Shown here: piece after piece, positions 45,688 to 53,885 of the stretch
How the letters are laid out: the number at the start of each line of letters is the position of its first letter
How positions within the stretch are numbered: the first letter of the stretch is position 1
Source of the DNA: Thermoproteota archaeon
GTDB taxonomy: Archaea; Thermoproteota; EX4484-205; JAAOZO01
NCBI GenBank assembly: GCA_041479945.1
Contig: JBGOYZ010000003.1
Location: 1-56,094, forward strand
Direction: 5' to 3'
DNA: 56,094 bases
Made by a program: the position numbers and the translations under genes
Notes under the pieces: model-generated
What the model was told of the DNA's origin: nothing
The model's database searches: none
Seen by the model: only the letters and a program-made list of their open reading frames with translations

Positions 45688-46374
45688 ATGGTGACTGTTG
45701 CCGCAGTATCCGACGTGCATTCTCCACTGTACCTGAGGGAGTTCTTGGCCAACGTGGGTCTCAGGGTGAGGGAATGCAGCCTTTTCCTCCTAGCAGGGGA
45801 CATGATCCTGCGGTCCAGGGTCAGCCAACTGGCGCCTGTTCTCCGGGGCATCAACAGGGCGTTTTCCGGACAGATCATCGCCACGCTCGGAAACGAGGAA
45901 CACGACGCGGTCAAGGACTCTCTCATGAAGGAGTATCAGCAAGTGCGCTGGCTCGATGACTCGGACATCGTGCTGGAGATAGAGGGCAGAAAGGTCAGAA
46001 TAGTTGGGACGAGAGGGTCGCTGGCTGAGCCGACAAGCTGGCAGAAGGCGCATCTCCCTGACATCTTAGAGGTGTACTCGAGACGAGTTCAGTTGATCCG
46101 GGGCCTGTTGGAAAGAAGGAATGGCGATGACACCGTGGTTCTGCTGTCTCACTATGCCCCGGTCCGGGCCACGACGCAGGGTGAGCGCGAGCACATCCTC
46201 CCCGTGTTGACTGATCCAAGGATGGAGAAGGTGGTCAAGGAAACCTCCCCGGACATCGTGATTCACGGCCACGCGCACAATGCCACAACGCTCTCAGCGA
46301 ACGTCTACGGGGCGCGAGTCTTCAACGTGGCCTTCCCTGCCAAGAGGTCAACGACCATCATCGACTTGTGGTGA
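45688..46374 (+). CDS. Metallophosphoesterase (calcineurin-like)
   Basis: 228 aa with motifs VSDVHSP, LAGD, GNEEH and HGHAH. Confidence 0.75.
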   Translation: MVTVAAVSDVHSPLYLREFLANVGLRVRECSLFLLAGDMILRSRVSQLAPVLRGINRAFSGQIIATLGNEEHDAVKDSLMKEYQQVRWLDDSDIVLEIEGRKVRIVGTRGSLAEPTSWQKAHLPDILEVYSRRVQLIRGLLERRNGDDTVVLLSHYAPVRATTQGEREHILPVLTDPRMEKVVKETSPDIVIHGHAHNATTLSANVYGARVFNVAFPAKRSTTIIDLW

Positions 46375-46422
46375 GCAGCGTGCGAACACTCATTTACCCA
46401 CCTGTCGCACTAGTAGCTGCTC

Positions 46423-47196
46423 ATGGGCGAGAGAATATCACCAGACCAATATGTGCGCGTCATCTTTGAGGGAGGGAAGTCCTCGATCCAGAAGGTGGGG
46501 AAGGACTCCATACACACTCATCACGGGTTTGTCAAGCTCGACGACTCATTGGAGTATGGCGCCTCAGTTTCGACTAATACAAACAGAAGAATTGTCCTGT
46601 TGAAGCCCGTCCTGGCGGACTTCCTGCAAGTCATGTCGAGGAGGACGCAGATCCTGTACCCCAAAGAGTTGGGCTACATTTTGATTTCCTTGGGGATAGA
46701 AGCTGGATCCAAGATATTGGATGCAGGCACAGGCAGCGGAGCATCAGCTGCACTGATGGCGAACTTCGTCGGGCCAGGAGGCCATGTGCTCTCCATAGAC
46801 ACCAACCAAGAATCGCTGGACATAGCAGCCAGAAACCTGAAGTCGCTCGGATTGGACGCCACGGTCGAGCTCAAGCTTGGGGACGTAGTGGCGGGGATCG
46901 GGCAGAGGGAGGTGTTCGACGCAGCTGTCATGGATCTGCCCTCCCCTTGGGAGGCAGTTCAATCGTACTACGATAGTCTGAAGCCCTCGGCGAGGGTGGT
47001 GGCAGTCGTGCCCACGTACAACCAGCTTGAGAAGATAGTCGAAGCTTTCGAGCAGGGCGGCTTCGTCGTTCTTGAGACAGTTGACATCATGTCTCAGGGC
47101 ATAAAGGTGAAGAGGGGAGCGGTGAGACCGATGCCGTTGGCTAGGAGTCACAACGCCTTCTTGGTCGTGGCCGCAAAATCAGTGGCAAAAGGTTAA
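46423..47196 (+). CDS. trmI: tRNA (adenine-N1)-methyltransferase TrmI (Trm61/Gcd14 family)
   Basis: 257 aa. It has an N-terminal beta domain, TQILYPKE, SAM motif ILDAGTGSGA and MDLPSPWE. Confidence 0.75.
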   Translation: MGERISPDQYVRVIFEGGKSSIQKVGKDSIHTHHGFVKLDDSLEYGASVSTNTNRRIVLLKPVLADFLQVMSRRTQILYPKELGYILISLGIEAGSKILDAGTGSGASAALMANFVGPGGHVLSIDTNQESLDIAARNLKSLGLDATVELKLGDVVAGIGQREVFDAAVMDLPSPWEAVQSYYDSLKPSARVVAVVPTYNQLEKIVEAFEQGGFVVLETVDIMSQGIKVKRGAVRPMPLARSHNAFLVVAAKSVAKG

Positions 47197-47223
47197 AACA
47201 GACACAAGCGCGGAACGGTTGCC

Positions 47224-47802
47224 ATGGCAGCTCAGAAGGAGCAAAGATCAAACCTAGACCTGATTGGCAACGCCTTCCTCTACCTGTCCCTGCTCGGGTT
47301 CATGGGCGGGATGGTGATTCTGGGCGTGACTGCGTTCTTCGAGAACGACCTCTTGCTTTATGGTTCTCACATAGCCCTGCTCTTGGCTGTGCTTGTGCCC
47401 TGTTTTCCGTTAGCATCGAAGGAGCCGTACGAGAGGTTTCTGAGCAGAGGCGCTGGAGGACTCCTGATAGTGGCTGCAGTTGCCGCAGTCCAGTTCGCCT
47501 TCCTTCCGAGCTTGAAGCTTTCCACGCTTCTCACAGTTGCTGTCCTGGCTGTGGTCTTCGTGATCGGCTGGGCTAGGACAGTGCCGAGCCAAGACAAGAC
47601 GGGCCTAGGGTTCAGGTTGCTGGAGCTGATAGGCGCGGGCCTGACGGCATTTGGTGCGCTGCTAGAGCCGATACTAGTGAAGTTGGGAGTTGCCAGTGGA
47701 GAGGGGCTAGGACTATACGGGATCGCACCCATGCTAGTGGGTCTAGCCGTACTGTTGTACGTGAGGTTCTTCTCCAAGCAACAAGGACAGTCAAAGGCCT
47801 AA
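47224..47802 (+). CDS. Membrane protein (about 6 TM segments)
   Basis: 192 aa and strongly hydrophobic. No motif was recognised. Confidence 0.4.
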   Translation: MAAQKEQRSNLDLIGNAFLYLSLLGFMGGMVILGVTAFFENDLLLYGSHIALLLAVLVPCFPLASKEPYERFLSRGAGGLLIVAAVAAVQFAFLPSLKLSTLLTVAVLAVVFVIGWARTVPSQDKTGLGFRLLELIGAGLTAFGALLEPILVKLGVASGEGLGLYGIAPMLVGLAVLLYVRFFSKQQGQSKA

Positions 47803-47879
47803 AACACACACGCTTTCAGCAGAATGGAGGCCAGGAGCTCGCGCTCCTAAACTTGAGTGTCGTTATAGAGCTAGTTCCG

Positions 47880-48200
47880 TCTCCGGCAAGCTTAATTAGC
47901 GATACGCCCGTTCGTGATTACCGTCCCGCGAGGGTAGGTCGGGTACAGGCCCTTTGCATGGTGGGGCAACCTTCCGTGTGTTGGGTCTGCATAAATGAGA
48001 ACGTCTACCTGAGGACACCTAGGTCCTACAGGACTGGGCGCAGAAACTGTTGGGAAGGTGGCCGCTCGGAGGGAGTCGCTCTCAGGAGTGCTTGGGCACC
48101 GTTCCTCGATGTCGTCTGAAACCCGAGCGATCGAGGTCGGGATAACCCGGGAACCTGAACCCAGTTCGCGGGGCCTTCCTTTTTCTGTCGTCTTCTTCCA
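47880..48200 (-). ncRNA. rnpB: Candidate RNase P RNA (ends approximate)
   Basis: This 440-bp region has no credible ORF. The minus-strand RNA carries RNase-P-like conserved blocks in the right order. These are AGGAAGGCCCCGC (48168-48180, CR-I-like), GGUGCCCAAG (48091-48100), CAACAG (48047-48052) and CACGAACGGGCGUAUC (47901-47916, CR-V-like). GCCC/GGGC can form a P4-like pairing. I could not fold P1-P3 by hand. Confidence 0.5.
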
Positions 48201-48242
48201 GTCTGAAACCGTTTTATCTTCCAAGCCCAGACTGCAGCAAGA

Positions 48243-49484
48243 TTGGTGAGAGTCTACGCTGATCTGCACCTCCACTCCAAGTACAGCGCAGCCACAAGCT
48301 TGAGCATGGACTTGGAGCATATAGCGTATTACTCCAAGTTCAAGGGACTGGGGATCGCAGCAACAGGAGACGTCCTGCACCCGAGGTGGAGGTCCGAGTT
48401 GCGCCAGAAGCTCGTTGACGTCGGAGGATTGTTCGTTCTCGTCGATAGACCAGAGGGCCCACTCTTCGCACTATCGGGAGAGGTCAGCACAATCTACAAG
48501 GACGGTGATAGCGTGAAGAGGCTCCACCACGTCGTACTCTATCCCTCACTTGATGACGCGGACTCCGCCGCCGAGGTGCTTGCCGAGTACGGCAATCTTC
48601 AATCGGACGGTCGTCCTATTCTGTCGTTGAGTTCAGAGGGCCTGCTGTCCGAGCTCAGGCGCATCAGCGACCGGATCGAGCTCTTCCCGGCTCACATCTG
48701 GACCCCTCATTACAGCCTCTTTGGGATGCATGGGTACGACTCAGTGCAGTCTGCTTTCGGCTCAATGTCAGGCGAGGTTCACGCGCTTGAGACCGGGCTG
48801 TCATCTGACCCCGAGATGAACTGGACGCTTTCCTCGCTTGACCAGTACCTGCTTGTGTCCAACTCAGACTCTCATTCTCCGTACCCGTGGCGCATGGGCA
48901 GGGAGGCCAACCTGTTTGAACTGTCCTCTCTGGACTATGAGTGCGTGTTGCAGGCCTTGAGAAAGAAGGGCCCCTCTCGCCTGCTCATGACCGTAGAAAC
49001 CTATCCTGAGTACGGGAAGTATCACTGGCCGGGGCATAGGAACTGCAATGTAAGTGTCTCGCCCGAGGAGTTCACGAAGCTCAAGGGTATCTGCCCAAAG
49101 TGCGGGAAGAGGCTCACAACCGGCGTTGATCTTGAAGTCCAGAATAGAGCTGACAGGCCAAGGGGTTTCAGACCAGCAGGGGCTGCTGATTTCGTGAGAG
49201 TGATCCCGCTCTCTGAGATCTTGGCCTACTCGATGGGCTCCACGGTCTCATCAGGGAAAGTGTGGAACCAGTTCAGGGCTCTGGTCGACCGGTTTGGGAA
49301 CGAGTTCTCCGTGCTTATAGACGCGAACCTCACTGAGCTGGGCGAAGTGGCTGGAAAGGATCTCGCTGCTGTGATACAGAGAATGAGGTCGGGAAAGCTG
49401 GCGGTCAAGCCGGGTTACGACGGCGTGTACGGTGAGCTGAGGTCTGAAGGTGAGGGCAGGCACTCTCTAAGTCAGTTCATCTGA
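48243..49484 (+). CDS. PHP-domain endonuclease, EndoQ-like
   Basis: 413 aa. The N-terminus VYADLHLHSKYSAATS is a PHP metal site. It also has NSDSHSP and a CPKCG zinc motif. Size and layout match endonuclease Q family members. TTTTATCT lies about 25 nt upstream. Confidence 0.55.
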   Translation: MVRVYADLHLHSKYSAATSLSMDLEHIAYYSKFKGLGIAATGDVLHPRWRSELRQKLVDVGGLFVLVDRPEGPLFALSGEVSTIYKDGDSVKRLHHVVLYPSLDDADSAAEVLAEYGNLQSDGRPILSLSSEGLLSELRRISDRIELFPAHIWTPHYSLFGMHGYDSVQSAFGSMSGEVHALETGLSSDPEMNWTLSSLDQYLLVSNSDSHSPYPWRMGREANLFELSSLDYECVLQALRKKGPSRLLMTVETYPEYGKYHWPGHRNCNVSVSPEEFTKLKGICPKCGKRLTTGVDLEVQNRADRPRGFRPAGAADFVRVIPLSEILAYSMGSTVSSGKVWNQFRALVDRFGNEFSVLIDANLTELGEVAGKDLAAVIQRMRSGKLAVKPGYDGVYGELRSEGEGRHSLSQFI

Positions 49485-50811
49485 AGTCCGCTATTCTCAG
49501 AGGCACCAAGTCCTTTGGCAGATACGAGAGAGCTCTTGGAGATGGCCTGGTTCCGAGTTCAACGGCCCGCTCAGTGGAGTCTTGAGCTATCTGAACTACT
49601 GAAGCTCCACTGATCCTACCCAGTGCGCCGGTCGTGGCTTCTCTCTCTGAGAACAGCTTGGTCTCATCAGTTCTTATGCTAGGTCCACTCAGTAGGATCG
49701 GCACAGGTTCGCCAGTGTGCATGCCCCGATCGCACGGGGTTGTGTGGTCGCCGGTTATCATCACTGTGGCAGATCCCGCGTAGGCTTCTGCAAGATACGA
49801 CAGATTGTCGTTGAACAGCGAGATGAAGCCCGATTTGCCGACCGGATCGCCCTTGTGAGAGAAGTTGTCCGTCGCCTTCACATGCATGAACACGAAGTCG
49901 TACCTATCGAGCGCTTTCGTGGATGCCTCGACCTTGCCCCTCAGGTTCGTGTCTGGCATGCCGTTTGCGCCCGGGACCTCAATCAGTTTCATGCCGACTG
50001 CCTTCGCAACACCCTTGTACAGAGCTCCTCCAGCGATCGCGCAGGCACTCATTCCATGCTTCTCCTCAAATGGTGTCAGTCTCTTGGCCACTCCTGCGCC
50101 CCTGACAAGCATGGCGTTCGCTTGGGGAAGGCCGGATTTCTTTCTCCTCAGGTTGACTTCCGCCTTGCTGAGTGCCTCAATCGCTTTGACCTCATACCTG
50201 TTCACAATACCCGCCAGCTTGGAGGCGCCCTTGATGTCCTCAGCTTCTTCCACAGGTTGACACTTCAGCAATGGCTTACCATCCGCGTGAGGGTCATTGT
50301 CAGTGACCTGGTGAGAAAGCCCTTGACCACTGATTATCATAGCCAACCTGTGCTCTACAAGCGGTACCAATCTGAACGCGCTTCCGTCTATCTCTGGTAT
50401 CACCTCGTTGAGCATCTTCGCCAGCGCGCTCGTCTCTTGGGATGATATCCTGCCCGCTCTTCGGTCTACTACGGTGGCCCTGTCTTCGCCAAGCTCCACG
50501 GTTGCCATGTTTGCCCTGAAGGCTATCTCGCCTTCCTTCAGCTCAACGCCCTCACCGGAGGCCTCTATGGGCCCTCTCCCGAAGTACTCCGTCTTCAGGT
50601 CGTAGCCAAAGATTGTCAGGTGGGACGTATCGCTGCTGGGAGGGACTCCAGGCGATATCGGATCCATCAGTCCCTGAGCTCCCCTTGCCTTGAGCTTCGC
50701 GATGTTTGATTGACTTGCTGCCTCCAAGGGGGTTCTGCCCCTCAGTTCAGAGTATGCATGATCTCCGAGGCCATCCAACACAATGAGAAGGAACGGCATG
50801 TTGTCCTTCAT
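49477..50811 (-). CDS. apgM: 2,3-bisphosphoglycerate-independent phosphoglycerate mutase, archaeal type
   Basis: 444 aa. The N-terminus LLIVLDGLGD and the motifs GDHTTP and FMHVKATD are typical of ApgM. Confidence 0.85.
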   Translation of the reverse strand: MKDNMPFLLIVLDGLGDHAYSELRGRTPLEAASQSNIAKLKARGAQGLMDPISPGVPPSSDTSHLTIFGYDLKTEYFGRGPIEASGEGVELKEGEIAFRANMATVELGEDRATVVDRRAGRISSQETSALAKMLNEVIPEIDGSAFRLVPLVEHRLAMIISGQGLSHQVTDNDPHADGKPLLKCQPVEEAEDIKGASKLAGIVNRYEVKAIEALSKAEVNLRRKKSGLPQANAMLVRGAGVAKRLTPFEEKHGMSACAIAGGALYKGVAKAVGMKLIEVPGANGMPDTNLRGKVEASTKALDRYDFVFMHVKATDNFSHKGDPVGKSGFISLFNDNLSYLAEAYAGSATVMITGDHTTPCDRGMHTGEPVPILLSGPSIRTDETKLFSEREATTGALGRISGASVVQIAQDSTERAVELGTRPSPRALSYLPKDLVPLRIADFR

Positions 50812-50888
50812 GTATGATGAAGCCTAATCGTGGCTGTCTTGATAAGGCTGTCTCCAAAGTCAGCCTCTCAGCGACTTTCAGAGTTACC

Positions 50889-51821
50889 CTATGACTTCTC
50901 GACTAGGTCTTTGAGACCCTTGAACCTGTTCCTGACTGTAACTTCGGTCACGTTCGCGGCCTCGGCTATCTGTTTCTGGGTGACTGATGTAATCCCGAGG
51001 TTGAGGGTTGCCATGTACATCGCTGCTGCCACAAGCCCCATCGGATCCTTCCCGGATGTGGTCTTTTGCCTCTTAGCCTCGGTGAGTATCTTCTCTGTCT
51101 CGCGCTCAATCTCCGGTCCCAACTTGAGCTTCGAGGCAACCTTCGATATGTACAGCATTGGGTCGCTGATCGGCATCTTGTCGCCTTCCATAGCCCTTAG
51201 GATGTTTCTGTATGCTCTGGCCACTTCTTTCTTCCTCAGTCCGGCCTTGGTAGCAACTTCCTTGAGAGTCCTCGGCACCTCACTGCTCCTACAGGCTGCA
51301 TACACAACTGCTGCCGCCATTGAACTTATGGGCCTGCCCTTTACGAGGCCCATCTCAAGGGCCTGCCTGTAGATGCTCGCAGCTCTGGTGACGATTGGCT
51401 TGCCGATGTTGAGCTGATCCGCGAGGTGACTGATGTGTCTCATCGCAGCCATGAGGTTCCGCTCGTTTGCGCTCATGGCACGGCCTCTCTCCTGCCAGAC
51501 CCTCATCCTCTGAGCTCTGCTGATCTCTTCGCTCGTCATGCCTCTGCCAGAGGCGCTCTTCGTGCCGAACTCCAACGCTGTTGTGAAACCCAAGTCGTGT
51601 ATGAGTGGCGTCAGTGGGCTTCCGGCCCTGTCCCTCTTTTCACTTTCCTCGTCGCCGAATTCTCTCCATTCCTGACCCATGTCGTACACTTTCGACAGAA
51701 CGAAGCCGCACTTGCTGCAATACACTTCGCCGCTCTTTTCATCAGTAACTAGCTCAATCGACCCGCAGTTCGGGCATATGTTCCTCTGAAGCGCCCGTTC
51801 CCACTTGCTTTCCATTTCCAT
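50889..51821 (-). CDS. tfb: Transcription initiation factor IIB (TFB)
   Basis: 310 aa. It has an N-terminal Zn ribbon (CPNCGS...CSKCG) and two cyclin-fold repeats. Confidence 0.92.
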   Translation of the reverse strand: MEMESKWERALQRNICPNCGSIELVTDEKSGEVYCSKCGFVLSKVYDMGQEWREFGDEESEKRDRAGSPLTPLIHDLGFTTALEFGTKSASGRGMTSEEISRAQRMRVWQERGRAMSANERNLMAAMRHISHLADQLNIGKPIVTRAASIYRQALEMGLVKGRPISSMAAAVVYAACRSSEVPRTLKEVATKAGLRKKEVARAYRNILRAMEGDKMPISDPMLYISKVASKLKLGPEIERETEKILTEAKRQKTTSGKDPMGLVAAAMYMATLNLGITSVTQKQIAEAANVTEVTVRNRFKGLKDLVEKS

Positions 51822-52019
51822 CGCCTCACGATATCTTAATAACTACTGGCAACAGCTCGTCAAGGATGCCTATTTAAGTGTTCCGTACGTTTTTTCTTAT
51901 AAACGTTCCCTCTACCCTTCCGCGATGCCCCAACTGGCGGCTTGACTGTGGGGACCTTCTTCACTCTGCAGAGGTACTGTAGGATAGCCCGGGAGAGATT
52001 CGAACTCTCGTTGACGGGT

Positions 52020-52041
52020 CTCTTCTCTCCTTTGGGGAGAA
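52020..52041 (-). other. Predicted tRNA-Gln intron 3 (22 nt, canonical 37/38 position)
   Basis: It follows CUCUGG (positions 32-37). It has an inner hairpin UCUCC-CCAAA-GGAGA. The BHB is relaxed: the central helix CUCU:GAAG has one C-A mismatch. Confidence 0.7.
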
Positions 52042-52057
52042 CCAGAGCCCGCTATCC

Positions 52058-52072
52058 TTGGCCGGATTTCCT
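52058..52072 (-). other. Predicted tRNA-Gln intron 2 (15 nt, between tRNA positions 21 and 22)
   Basis: BHB: helix GGUC:GGCC is flanked by bulges AAA and AAG, with a small inner hairpin. Confidence 0.6.
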
Positions 52073-52084
52073 TTGACCGCTAGA

Positions 52085-52101
52085 CTCGGCGGCTATGGCC
52101 T
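52085..52101 (-). other. Predicted tRNA-Gln intron 1 (17 nt, between tRNA positions 10 and 11)
   Basis: BHB: helix CGGU:GCCG is flanked by bulges CAA and AGU, with an inner GGC/GCC hairpin. Confidence 0.65.
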
Positions 52102-52379
52102 TGACCGGGCTATTCCGGGCCATCCATGTGATCGTTGTCGTAGGGGTATTTCTCCCTTGTGGGCGCAACCGAAACCCCCCGATTGGTCAGCCTGCGACTC
52201 TTCACGCTCGGCTTCCGGACACTCGTGGTTCGGTTGTCGATCGTCTGCTACTGGGAGTCGTGCCATCAGAATGCTCAACAGGAGCTGAGAACACTATTCC
52301 AAGACTTATCTTCCCGAGAAGCCCTGACGCAACCATGCGGAGACATAGGTCACCGCGAGAGGGCGATCTGAATGGTGTA

Positions 52380-53885
52380 ATGGTTCACCCTGATGAGATG
52401 AGGATCGCTGAGTTGAACGCGGTCCAGCTGGGGGTGTCGAGCCTCGCGCTGATGGAAAAGGCCGGCTCCGCTGTTGCTGATGCCGTAGCCAGATTGACTA
52501 GGTCAGGCAGAGTTCTCGTTGTCTGTGGGCCGGGGAAGAATGGAGGTGATGGCCTCGTGGTGGCAAGAAGACTTCTCGAACGTGGCTATCCGGTGGTTGT
52601 GTTGCTCGCTGTACCTCCTGGATCCCTAGCGGCGGATGAAACCAAGCTGAACTGGAACAGGTACTCGCAACTGGAAGGCACTCACATCGCCACGGACCAA
52701 GAAGGATGGCTGGAGAGGGCAAGACTGGAGATGCGCAGGAGCAAGACGATAGTTGACGCTCTGTTCGGAACCGGGATAAGGGGTGAGATCTCGGGAGACG
52801 CGGCTGCCGTCATTGACCTCATTAGCTCATCGAGGAAGCCGATAGTCTCCGTCGATACTCCCTCTGGGCTGGATCCGTTCACTGGCACTGCCTCTTCGAA
52901 GGTAGTGCATGCACACGCCACCGTGACTTTCCATGCCATGAAGAAAGGGCTGGCGTCTAGGCCCGACCTCACTGGCAAGGTTTCTGTGGTTGACATCGGC
53001 ATGCCGAGGTCCGCCTCACTTTTCGTCAATCGGGAGGACGTAGTCTCGGCGCTGCCCGCAAGAGATCGGTTCACACACAAGGGTGATTATGGAGTCGTCT
53101 TGGTTGTTGGAGGCAGTGAGCTCTATTCAGGTGCTCCTGCCTTGGCTGCCCTCGCAGCGCTCAGAACAGGGGCGGGATTGTCACTGGTAGCTTCGCCCGA
53201 ATCCGTCGCTTCGTCAATCAGATCGATGTCGCCGGATCTGATCGTGAGGAGCCTGCCCGGCGAAAGGCTAAGTTCGGGTCATCTGAACTTGCTCAAGGCC
53301 GAACTGGACAGAGCGACGGTCGTTGCCGTCGGGCCAGGAATGGGCAGAGCTGAGGATTCCCTTAGGGGTATTCTAGAGATCGTTGAGCGAGTCCTTGCGG
53401 AAGGAAAAAGGCTTGTCGTTGATGCTGACGCTCTGGGCATCAGCGGGCAGCTTGTTGCGACCGCGTCTCCGAAGTCGGTGATTTTGACGCCCCACGCGGG
53501 AGAGTTCAAGAAACTCACGGGAAAGGAGGTAGGGCCTCAGTGGCCTGAGAGAGTGAATGAAGTCAAAGAGTTTGCCAAGTCACGCAACTGCACCGTGATC
53601 CTAAAGGGATACCACACGGTGATCTCCGATGGGTCCGTGGTCAAGGTGAATAGGGGAGGTAATCCTGGGATGTCAAAGGGGGGGACTGGAGACATCTTGA
53701 CTGGCGTTGTATCAGGTCTGCTGGCTCAAGGATCAGGCGCCTTGCAGGCTGCTTGTGCTGCCCCTCACATCTGCGGCGAGGCCGCTGACAGGCTCTTCAC
53801 ATCAAAGGGCTTTCACTACACTGCCTCAGATCTCCTGACAGCCCTTCCGGAAGTACTGAAGGAATATGACAGATATTCAGATTGA
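52380..53885 (+). CDS. nnr: Bifunctional NAD(P)H-hydrate repair enzyme (epimerase and ADP-dependent dehydratase)
   Basis: It has a YjeF_N domain (LMEKAGSAVA, GPGKNGGDG) and a carbohydrate-kinase-like C domain (GPGMG, GGTGDILTG). The ORF-track N-terminus (52095-52379) overlaps tRNA-Gln and looks spurious. The start is ATG 52380 or 52335. Confidence 0.85.
   Translation: MVHPDEMRIAELNAVQLGVSSLALMEKAGSAVADAVARLTRSGRVLVVCGPGKNGGDGLVVARRLLERGYPVVVLLAVPPGSLAADETKLNWNRYSQLEGTHIATDQEGWLERARLEMRRSKTIVDALFGTGIRGEISGDAAAVIDLISSSRKPIVSVDTPSGLDPFTGTASSKVVHAHATVTFHAMKKGLASRPDLTGKVSVVDIGMPRSASLFVNREDVVSALPARDRFTHKGDYGVVLVVGGSELYSGAPALAALAALRTGAGLSLVASPESVASSIRSMSPDLIVRSLPGERLSSGHLNLLKAELDRATVVAVGPGMGRAEDSLRGILEIVERVLAEGKRLVVDADALGISGQLVATASPKSVILTPHAGEFKKLTGKEVGPQWPERVNEVKEFAKSRNCTVILKGYHTVISDGSVVKVNRGGNPGMSKGGTGDILTGVVSGLLAQGSGALQAACAAPHICGEAADRLFTSKGFHYTASDLLTALPEVLKEYDRYSD

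Larger units (their letters stand above)
51985..52111 (-). tRNA. tRNA-Gln (anticodon CUG at 52043-52045) with three predicted introns
   Basis: The acceptor is AGCCCGG/CCGGGCU plus A73, with the A1-U72 pair typical of archaeal tRNA-Gln. The T arm is GAGAG-UUCGAAU-CUCUC and the anticodon stem is GCGGG/CCCGU. The 127-nt gene minus 17, 15 and 22 nt gives a 73-nt cloverleaf. See the finding. Confidence 0.85.

Noticed and set aside
47880-48200. Alternative reading of the structured RNA as SRP (7S) RNA
   Set aside because: It lacks the helix-8 GGAAG...AGCA motif and the long 5'/3' pairing expected of archaeal SRP RNA. The conserved blocks match RNase P RNA better.
50814-50880. C/D-box sRNA-like signal (AUGAUGA ... 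UGAUAA) between apgM and tfb
   Set aside because: No proper D or D' box (CUGA) occurs at the expected 12-nt spacing and there is no terminal stem. The ATGATGA abuts the apgM start codon region.
52095-52379. N-terminal 95 aa of the 596-aa ORF-track protein (MALTGLFRAIHVIVVV...)
   Set aside because: It overlaps tRNA-Gln on the opposite strand and has no resemblance to the YjeF_N domain. Nnr homology begins near MVHPDEMRIAELN (ATG 52380).
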